Part shown: positions 55,109 to 62,513 of the stretch, piece after piece | How the letters are laid out: every line of letters begins with the position of its first letter | How positions within the stretch are numbered: the first letter of the stretch is position 1 | Assembly (NCBI GenBank): GCA_002319915.1 | Contig: DCFQ01000021.1 | Coordinates: 47,643 to 111,642 of the forward strand | Length of the DNA stretch: 64,000 bases | Reading direction: 5' to 3' | From: Bacteroidales bacterium UBA1800 | Lineage (GTDB): Bacteria; Bacteroidota; Bacteroidia; Bacteroidales; VadinHA17 | Notes under the pieces: generated by a model | What the model was told of the DNA's origin: nothing | Databases searched by the model: none | What the model saw: only the letters and a program-made list of their open reading frames with translations | Position numbers and translations under genes: made by a program

Positions 55109-57484
55109 CTAGTTCCTGATTACCGTACAAACCTTTTTCCAGTGGCGGGTTTTTCCCGTGTCGTCAAAAACCTTGATCAGCAGAACATATATCCCTGTTT
55201 CAACCAGCGACCCGTCATCAGCAGTACCATCCCATACAACCGACGCCTCGCTGCCAGCAAAAAGGTTATCTGTTAATTTTTTCACAATAGAACCGGTCTC
55301 ATCGAAGATCCACACCAACACCACATTCCCGTTCCCGATCAGTTTAATATCCAATACCAGAAAATCCTGGTTCCCGTCATTGTCAGGGGTTATGAAGGCA
55401 GAAGAGAAAACAACGGCATCATTCTCCACCGGTTTCTCGGAATAGACGGAATTCACGGCCCCGGGCGTTCCCCAACCGCATGACTCCGAAGCAGAGTGCC
55501 AGTACTCCCCGCATTCCGAGGAACTTTCCGGCCTGACCTTCTCCAGCGAAATTCCTTCATTATCCTTCAGCAGCGGGAACTGAAGCTTCTCCGAATAGAC
55601 AATCTCATCTATCACGTCAAGCTTCCTGCCGAGCAGGATCAGGTGGCCATTGTCATCCGGCATAGATGGCAAAGACGGGATCTGGAAGATCCAGTCGCCG
55701 TCTCCTGAAAAAAACCTGCTGATCACACTTTTCCTGTCGGTGGTGATCGCATACAGTGCCCCCGGGAGGATGCACCTGTGTTCTGCCGACAGTGCGACCG
55801 TCGCCGAGGTATCCCCGGTTTCCTGGTTTACAGATGCCAGGCGCAGGCCGGCTGCATCAATGATCTTGCCGGAACAGTTTGCCAGTTCAATGAAATCGGG
55901 TTCACCCGGCAGCGGGTTGAAGAGGAGCTCATTGAACCGGAGATCCCCCCTGGCCGGGGGAACCGGCATGCCGAAACCAAAACAGTCCCGGTCAGCCGGG
56001 TTGCCCGAAAAGTCCTTCACCCCTGTCCCAAGGCAAACCTGGTATATTTTGCCGGTATTGAAGGCGCCTGTCGTTGTGATCTCAAATTCCCTGAACAGCC
56101 TGTCCACGACTTGAATGCCATTGATGCTCGGGTTTCCGATATTCACCTCATCCTGCCTGGCGGGAAGGCCTGTCACTGTTTCGGATAATCTAAGGGTGAC
56201 CGTGACCGAATCTTCAGGAAAGACATTTTCAATTCCCCTGAACGAAAAGTCGGGGTTATACCCCCGGACCGAGCTGACCCTCCCTGGGGTTCCGCCTTCA
56301 GCTGTCTTTGAGGCTTTCCAGTTCTCCCCACCCGAGAATGGCAGCCCGTTATTGATGATCTCGAGCGACCATCCTCCCTCAGCTTTCAGATCATCATTGT
56401 ACCAGTCTGATGAATACTCGATGCCGTCGATAAGCTTCCCGTGACCATCAAGGAGGGCCAGGACCCTGCCTCCGTCGGTAAGCGCAGGGAATGACCCGAA
56501 ACCTGCAACCGCTCCCCAGCTTCTGAAAAGGGCCGTATCGGAAGCCTGGCACAGGATCATGTACTGACCGGCCCTGAGGGTGACTCCTGGAAACGGGTAC
56601 TCCTGCGACTGGGTTGCCAGGTGCCAGCTGCCCAGGGGGATGTCAGACTTTGAAGCATTGAATATCTCCAGGTACTCCTTCCCGGGAAGAGAGACGGCTG
56701 GCTGGGGCCTGGCCATTATCTCGGAAAAAACTACATCCCCCGGAAATACCTCAGAGGTTTCCGGAGGGTCAGGGCCGTCACCGAAAAACCCGGTGATCTC
56801 AAGATCATCGAACCACAGGAGCCTGTCGCGAGAGGAGGTGTACCTGTAGGAAACTATGAACCAGCCTGCGTTTGTAAGCGAAGGATCATGATCCGAGGAT
56901 ATGCCCAGGGGGTTGCCATTGCTGTCATATACGGTCAGTGTCCAGTCGCCAGCAGCCGTCCTCATGATCTTTATGTTTGCCGGTTCTTCCGTGCCGATAT
57001 CCGTCTGCCAGTTTATCCGGCTTTTGACAACGGTTATGAACCGGCCCTGCTCCACCCTCCAGATCCTGAGAGTGTCGTCACTGCCGTCCTGGTTGACACC
57101 CACAGCGAATCCTGAAGGTTTTTCAACATTCTGAATGCTTCCGGCACCGATATCGGACATAAGATAAACGGTCCAGTTATTCGTGGAGGAGGGATCGGTC
57201 CCATACCTGAGGCGGAAGCTCCAGGTCGTAGTCCCCTGGCCGGGGCGAAGGTTCATCAGCGATAATCCTGCAAGGTCGAACCCGGCTTCGGGATTATCAA
57301 AGGAGTGATGCATGGAAAATGCGCCGGAAACTGGGCTGACATTGTCGGCATTCCAGCGGTTTTCCGGACTCTGGGTCCAGGGTGACAGGTCACCCGTCTC
57401 AAAGTCATCCATGATCTGGCCATATCCTGCTCTTTGCATCCACCAAAACAGGATATTTAAAGCCAGCAAAATAACTTTATTCAT
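55109..57484 (-). CDS. secreted protein with two lamin-tail (LTD) domains and a T9SS type-B C-terminal sorting domain
   Basis: 791 aa with a signal peptide. LTD-like segments are VVFSEIMARPQP...EYLEIFN and LRFNELLFNPLPGEPDFIELAN. The C-terminus ITPDNDGNQDFLVLDI...VWDGTADDGSLVETGIYVLLIKV matches the gliding/T9SS type-B pattern. Confidence 0.7.
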   Translation of the reverse strand: MNKVILLALNILFWWMQRAGYGQIMDDFETGDLSPWTQSPENRWNADNVSPVSGAFSMHHSFDNPEAGFDLAGLSLMNLRPGQGTTTWSFRLRYGTDPSSTNNWTVYLMSDIGAGSIQNVEKPSGFAVGVNQDGSDDTLRIWRVEQGRFITVVKSRINWQTDIGTEEPANIKIMRTAAGDWTLTVYDSNGNPLGISSDHDPSLTNAGWFIVSYRYTSSRDRLLWFDDLEITGFFGDGPDPPETSEVFPGDVVFSEIMARPQPAVSLPGKEYLEIFNASKSDIPLGSWHLATQSQEYPFPGVTLRAGQYMILCQASDTALFRSWGAVAGFGSFPALTDGGRVLALLDGHGKLIDGIEYSSDWYNDDLKAEGGWSLEIINNGLPFSGGENWKASKTAEGGTPGRVSSVRGYNPDFSFRGIENVFPEDSVTVTLRLSETVTGLPARQDEVNIGNPSINGIQVVDRLFREFEITTTGAFNTGKIYQVCLGTGVKDFSGNPADRDCFGFGMPVPPARGDLRFNELLFNPLPGEPDFIELANCSGKIIDAAGLRLASVNQETGDTSATVALSAEHRCILPGALYAITTDRKSVISRFFSGDGDWIFQIPSLPSMPDDNGHLILLGRKLDVIDEIVYSEKLQFPLLKDNEGISLEKVRPESSSECGEYWHSASESCGWGTPGAVNSVYSEKPVENDAVVFSSAFITPDNDGNQDFLVLDIKLIGNGNVVLVWIFDETGSIVKKLTDNLFAGSEASVVWDGTADDGSLVETGIYVLLIKVFDDTGKTRHWKKVCTVIRN

Positions 57485-57510
57485 GCAGCGGGACAGAAAG
57501 AAAAAAAAGT

Positions 57511-57518
57511 TACTTTTG
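57511..57518 (+). promoter_or_regulatory. candidate Bacteroidota -7 promoter box (TAnnTTTG) for asd
   Basis: TACTTTTG lies 58 nt upstream of the asd ATG. No clear -33 TTTG partner was seen. Confidence 0.25.
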
Positions 57519-57575
57519 ACTTCTTAAAACTGAAAGTAAATTTAAGTAATTACTTTAATCTTAACAAATTAAATC

Positions 57576-58565
57576 ATGAAAATTGCGGTTGTTGGTGCGA
57601 CCGGGCTGGTCGGCCGGACAATGATCAAGGTTCTTGAAGAAAGGAATTTCCCCGTTACCGAGCTTATCCCTGCAGCATCTGAGAATTCCGTCGGGAAGGA
57701 GATCCTGTTCAAAGGGAAGGGTGTGAAGGTAAGAAGCGTCACGGATACGGTAAATGCAAAGCCTGTTTTCGCGATATTTTCGGCGGGGGCATCCGTTTCG
57801 AAAGAATGGGCGCCTGCCTTCGCCGCGAACGGGACCGTGGTGGTGGATAACTCTTCAGCCTGGAGGATGGATATAAATGTCCCTCTCGTTGTCCCTGAGA
57901 TCAACAGCCATGCAATAAGGAAGGGAGACAGGATCATTGCAAATCCCAACTGCTCGACGATCCAGATGGTAATGGCACTCGCACCGCTTCACAGGAAGTA
58001 CAGGATCAGGCGCCTTGTGATCGCAACATACCAGTCGGTGACTGGCACCGGTGTGAAAGCCGTAAAGCAGATGGAGAATGAACGCGCAGGTATAAAAGGT
58101 GAAATGGCCTACGCCCACCCTATCGACATGAACTGCTTTCCCCACGGAGGAACATTCCAGACCGATGGCTATACCACCGAGGAACAGAAGCTTATCGATG
58201 AAACCCGCAAGATACTCGAAGACCCCACGATCATGGTAACTGCAACAGTAGTGAGGATCCCCGTGGTGGGAGGCCATTCCGAAGCTGTGAACGCCGAGTT
58301 TGAAAATGACTTCGATATGGACGAGGTACGGTCGCTTATCGCCGGATTCCCGGGGAACGTGGTGTATGATAATCCAGCAGAGGCAAAATACCCGATGCCG
58401 CTCATATCGTACAACAGGGATGAGGTGTTTGTCGGAAGAATAAGAAGGGACTTCTCAAGGGAGAAATGCCTCAACCTCTGGATCGTTTCTGATAACATCA
58501 GGAAAGGAGCTGCAACCAATGCCGTCCAGATCGCAGAGTACATGGCAGCGCACGATCTCTGTTAA
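57576..58565 (+). CDS. asd: aspartate-semialdehyde dehydrogenase
   Basis: 329 aa with MKIAVVGATGLVG and the active-site region IANPNCSTIQMV. Confidence 0.95.
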   Translation: MKIAVVGATGLVGRTMIKVLEERNFPVTELIPAASENSVGKEILFKGKGVKVRSVTDTVNAKPVFAIFSAGASVSKEWAPAFAANGTVVVDNSSAWRMDINVPLVVPEINSHAIRKGDRIIANPNCSTIQMVMALAPLHRKYRIRRLVIATYQSVTGTGVKAVKQMENERAGIKGEMAYAHPIDMNCFPHGGTFQTDGYTTEEQKLIDETRKILEDPTIMVTATVVRIPVVGGHSEAVNAEFENDFDMDEVRSLIAGFPGNVVYDNPAEAKYPMPLISYNRDEVFVGRIRRDFSREKCLNLWIVSDNIRKGAATNAVQIAEYMAAHDLC

Positions 58566-58570
58566 TAGTT

Positions 58571-58609
58571 CTCCGTGCCGCTCTGTGTCTGTCTCAGTGC
58601 TCTCCGTGT
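58571..58609. repeat. solo arm of CTCCGTG/CTCTGTG modules between convergent asd and hflX
   Basis: ctccgtgccgctctgtgtctgtctcagtgctctccgtgt. Confidence 0.6.
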
Positions 58610-58613
58610 ACCA

Positions 58614-59831
58614 TCAGGCAGGGGGTGTACTGGACGGCACATCAAACAAAAAATCATTAAATGGATACCTGGTTACGTGTATCCTCTTCACCTCCTCGTA
58701 GAGAAGCCTCCTGAACTCATCGAGGTTCTCCCTGGTGATTGCTGAGATGAAGATCGTCTTATGATGCTTGTCCGAGGCCATCCATGATCTCCTGAGGTCG
58801 TCGAGCGAATAGTTCTCCTTTTTCACGGGGGTCAGGTCATCCTCATCCTTTGCCGAATAAGTAAACGCGTCAATCTTGTTAAAGACAAGTATCATGGGTT
58901 TACCGGATGAACCAAGCTCCTTTAATGTCTCGTTGACAACACTGATCTGGTCTTCGAACCCGGCATGGGATATATCCACTACATGCAGTAGCAGATCCGA
59001 ATCCCTGACCTCGTCAAGGGTCGATTTGAACGATTCTACAAGATCATGGGGCAGCTTCCTGATAAAGCCCACTGTATCCGAAAGGAGGAATGGCAGGTTC
59101 CCTATGACCACTTTCCTTACAGTTGTATCGAGGGTGGCGAAGAGCTTGTTTTCGGCAAACACGTCCGATTTGCTCAGGAGGTTCATTATTGTCGACTTGC
59201 CGACGTTGGTATACCCGACAAGGGCCACCCTCACCATCTTCCCCCTGTTTTTGCGCTGGGTGGTCATCTGGATGTCGATCTTCTTCAGCTGGTCCTTGAG
59301 GAGGGAGATCCTGTCCCTGATAATTCTCCTGTCGGTCTCGATTTCCGTTTCGCCCGGGCCCCTCAACCCGATGCCTCCCCTCTGGCGCTCCAGGTGGGTC
59401 CACATCCTTGTAAGGCGAGGGAGCATGTACTGAAGCTGTGCAAGCTCGACCTGGGTTCTTGCATACGAGGTTCTTGCACGGGTGGCAAATATATCGAGTA
59501 TAAGGTTTGTCCGGTCGAGCACCCGGCAGCTAAGTGCATTCTCAATATTCCGAAGCTGGCTGGGGGAAAGCTCGTCATCGAAGATCGCCAGGTCGATCCC
59601 GTTTTCTGTCACGAAGCCGGCTATCTCTGAGATCTTCCCGGATCCCACAAAAGTCCGGGGATCCTGCATATCAAGTTTCTGGAGAAATGTTCTTACCGGC
59701 TCGGCGCCTGCGGTTTCAGCAAGGAATGCGAGTTCTGACAAGAAATCCCGCGCCTGGTCCTCTTCCTGCCCGGGGTAGACCAATCCAACCAGGATTGCCT
59801 TCTCTCCCCTTCTTTCAGTATTGATCATCAA
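58614..59831 (-). CDS. hflX: GTPase HflX
   Basis: 405 aa with an HflX N-domain, G1 GYTNVGKST, DTVGF and NKID. Confidence 0.9.
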   Translation of the reverse strand: MMINTERRGEKAILVGLVYPGQEEDQARDFLSELAFLAETAGAEPVRTFLQKLDMQDPRTFVGSGKISEIAGFVTENGIDLAIFDDELSPSQLRNIENALSCRVLDRTNLILDIFATRARTSYARTQVELAQLQYMLPRLTRMWTHLERQRGGIGLRGPGETEIETDRRIIRDRISLLKDQLKKIDIQMTTQRKNRGKMVRVALVGYTNVGKSTIMNLLSKSDVFAENKLFATLDTTVRKVVIGNLPFLLSDTVGFIRKLPHDLVESFKSTLDEVRDSDLLLHVVDISHAGFEDQISVVNETLKELGSSGKPMILVFNKIDAFTYSAKDEDDLTPVKKENYSLDDLRRSWMASDKHHKTIFISAITRENLDEFRRLLYEEVKRIHVTRYPFNDFLFDVPSSTPPA

Positions 59832-59840
59832 ATACTCTGT

Positions 59841-59927
59841 GTTACCGGTTGCCTGTTTCCGGTGATGGTGTGATCCGGTCCTGCAGTAAACTGATGATCA
59901 TCTGCCAACCGGCAACCGGCAACCCGG
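59841..59927. repeat. heptad-periodic hairpin element (CCGGTTG... / CAACCGG CAACCGG CAACCC)
   Basis: gttaccggttgcctgtttccggt ... gccaaccggcaaccggcaacccgg. Confidence 0.65.
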
Positions 59928-59928
59928 G

Positions 59929-61101
59929 TTAATTAATAAATCTCCTGTTGTTCTGGACCGCCCCGTTTATGGCCTGCTTGAGCGATTCAGAGCATCTCAG
60001 CACCATTTCCTCATCTGAGGGGAATGGGACTACCTGGGTCTTTGTCTTTTCAAGCTGGTAAGCATTCAGGGCACCTGCATCGCCAATTGCACGTGCTGAA
60101 ACATTCTCAAATGCCGATCTTGCTCCGATTGGATCCTTCTTGACAACCTTATTCGGATTCATCTGAATGACCTCCACGGTTCCGTCGATCTGGCAGGCCT
60201 TGGTCTGGACGGTCTCGACAAGTGCGCACTGCAGGGTCTTATATTTCTTTGTCTTGATATCGTTGCCAGCCGTATCTTTCCTTACATTCCCGTTCTTATC
60301 AAGCTCATAGCTGTAACCGTCTTCCACCTGCCGTTTGATGACCGAATCCCGTTGCATAGACTGGTCAGGGGAAACCCCTATTGTTCTCACGACAACATTT
60401 TCATAGTAGTCGAACTGCGTATTTCCACCGAGGTCCTCTGTATGGTACTCGACCCATTCGCTGTTGAGCCTGGGCAGATCGATGGAAAGCAGGTCCTGTT
60501 CAAACTCCTTCGGGAACTGGATCGCCGAAGTATTCTGCAGGGTTATCAGGACCCTGCTCATGCCGCGGAATTTTGATTCCTCAATCCTGCTGTCGATACC
60601 CTCATAGTCTCCCACATATTCCTTTGCCCTGGCGAACTCATAAAAAGCCTGCCTGTACGAATCCTTGGTTCCGACTTTCATAAGCTCATTGCCATGGCCA
60701 AAATAGAAGTCAGCCGATTTCTTTTTCGCGGCGACCATTTCAGGCATATAGTCCATATACGGGTATTCAATGCTCTGACCATTAAGGTTAATCGGGGTAA
60801 CTGTGCGAACCATGCTCTGCCTGTCACTTAATCTCTTATTTATCAAATATATCTCATCCCAGTTTGCCGGTTTGCCTTCGAGTTTAAGGAACCTCAGCCT
60901 TTCATTGTCCTGATCATTGAGCAGCTTAAAGGACCTGTCGAGGACGGCAGCTTGTTTTGAATCGCGCGAATCCTTCCGCAATTGCCTTACCGCCTTATCG
61001 AGTGCAGCCTCGTAGTTCCCTTTCTCGAGCTGCTTTTTTGATGAACCGCATCCTGCAAGGATCATTGCCAGGATGAATAATAAAGAAACAAGCTTTTTCA
61101 T
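59929..61101 (-). CDS. hypothetical lipoprotein
   Basis: 390 aa with lipobox ILAGCGSS. No family was recognised. Confidence 0.55.
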   Translation of the reverse strand: MKKLVSLLFILAMILAGCGSSKKQLEKGNYEAALDKAVRQLRKDSRDSKQAAVLDRSFKLLNDQDNERLRFLKLEGKPANWDEIYLINKRLSDRQSMVRTVTPINLNGQSIEYPYMDYMPEMVAAKKKSADFYFGHGNELMKVGTKDSYRQAFYEFARAKEYVGDYEGIDSRIEESKFRGMSRVLITLQNTSAIQFPKEFEQDLLSIDLPRLNSEWVEYHTEDLGGNTQFDYYENVVVRTIGVSPDQSMQRDSVIKRQVEDGYSYELDKNGNVRKDTAGNDIKTKKYKTLQCALVETVQTKACQIDGTVEVIQMNPNKVVKKDPIGARSAFENVSARAIGDAGALNAYQLEKTKTQVVPFPSDEEMVLRCSESLKQAINGAVQNNRRFIN

Positions 61102-61185
61102 TTTAAGTTTTATTTATTCTCAGGTTAGATAAAATGTTATCCGTGTCAGTTATTTATAACTCACTAACCTCTTTATTATTATAGT

Positions 61186-62010
61186 TCAATAAATAAAACT
61201 TAAGGGTATCTGGAACCGGACCCTGACCGGCTGTCCCCTCTGGAGGCCTGGGGTCCATTTGGGAGATTCTGAAATAGCCTTGATCGCCTCACTATCGAGG
61301 ACCGGATCAACGCCTTTGATCACCATCACATTGCTGACGGTGCCGTCTTTTTCCACGATGAAAGTAAGGAATACGGTACCCCTTATCTTTTTATCAATTG
61401 CTTCCTTCGGATAATTTGTCCTTTTTGCCACCCAGTCGCGGAACTTTGAAAAATCTCCGCCTTTGAATGATGGCATTACCTCAACCTGGAAAAATGCCTC
61501 ATCGCTGTCCCCATTGCCTTCGCCTGAAAGCAGGTTGTCGCCGGTGCCGGTACCAATAATATCGATCTTGTCGTTGTCAGTTGAGGCAAGTACCTCATCA
61601 ACAGTTATCTGTGTCTGCTGAAGCGGATCCAGGCTGTCGACCACCACAGGCGGAACATATCTTACGCTCTCCTGGATCCTCTGTGCTGCCGGAGGAGGTG
61701 GCGTTGGCGGGACATAAACCTGCTCCGGTGGTGAGTTCAGGTTTTCCATCCTCACCTGGACGTAAGCTCTCCCTCCTGACATCACCCTGTCGGGCTTCCG
61801 GGAAAGAAGGAAGGGGATCCATACTGCCAGTGAAACCAGGACAATTGCGATCACCGTCCCGGTATTAAGTGTCGGGGCATATTTCTTCCTTAACTGATAT
61901 GCACCGTAATTCTTGTTGCGATTTTCAAATATGAGGTCGTCGAAATCTCCGATCACAGAAGATCCTTGATCACCAGTACCAGATACCTTATTGGCTTTCT
62001 TTGTTTTCAT
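61186..62010 (-). CDS. tonB: energy transducer TonB
   Basis: TM anchor, Pro-rich linker (VYVPPTPPPPAAQ) and a TonB C-terminal domain (VEVMPSFKGG...GTVFLTFIVEKDGTVSNV...PGLQRGQPVRV). The start is set at MKTKKANK. Confidence 0.85.
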   Translation of the reverse strand: MKTKKANKVSGTGDQGSSVIGDFDDLIFENRNKNYGAYQLRKKYAPTLNTGTVIAIVLVSLAVWIPFLLSRKPDRVMSGGRAYVQVRMENLNSPPEQVYVPPTPPPPAAQRIQESVRYVPPVVVDSLDPLQQTQITVDEVLASTDNDKIDIIGTGTGDNLLSGEGNGDSDEAFFQVEVMPSFKGGDFSKFRDWVAKRTNYPKEAIDKKIRGTVFLTFIVEKDGTVSNVMVIKGVDPVLDSEAIKAISESPKWTPGLQRGQPVRVRFQIPLSFIY

Positions 62011-62229
62011 TCTTAAAGGAATCTGCCAATCCAAAACCCTCCGACTCAACTTCCGATGTCAGGAATGTAAATGCCATGCCTGAAGCCTGACTATAATTGC
62101 TGATCCCGGCAAATTCCGCACAAAAATACTAATTCGGATTTTCCTCACAAAGCTTTCAACATGAGCATTTCGTTAAAGTTTCATAATTGACTATTTTTTC
62201 TTACATTTGAACCGCCCGAAGGGCAGCAC

Positions 62230-62303
62230 GGGGGTTTAGCTCAGTTGGCTAGAGCGTGTGACTGGCAGTCACAAGGTCAGGGGTTCGATTCCCCTAATCT
62301 CCA
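62230..62303 (+). tRNA. tRNA-Ala (anticodon GGC)
   Basis: Hand-folded cloverleaf of 74 nt, with the G3:U70 Ala identity pair and anticodon loop CT-GGC-AG. No CCA is encoded. Confidence 0.9.
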
Positions 62304-62328
62304 CCCGGATAACGTGCACAATAATACA

Positions 62329-62370
62329 AAATCCTGTAAACTTAAAATTCACAGGATTTTTTGTTTTTCC
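62329..62370 (+). terminator. rho-independent terminator after tRNA-Ala
   Basis: aatcctgt ... acaggatt stem followed by ttttttgttttt. Confidence 0.65.
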
Positions 62371-62513
62371 TCCTGTGCAAAAAATTCCCTTTAAATGTAT
62401 ATTCCCGGGTACCCGACAGTTGAACAAAAAAATAATAGTACAATTCCCATATCTCAGCCGGGATGCAGGCAACCTCAGGCAATTACGCTTTTGAGGTATC
62501 ATTGAACTAAATT

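Noticed and set aside
19611-59927. Possible CRISPR array among the short periodic repeats
   Set aside because: The repeat units are only 7-11 nt and lack unique 25-40-nt spacers. Each site spans less than 170 nt. No cas genes are present, so the architecture is not CRISPR-like.
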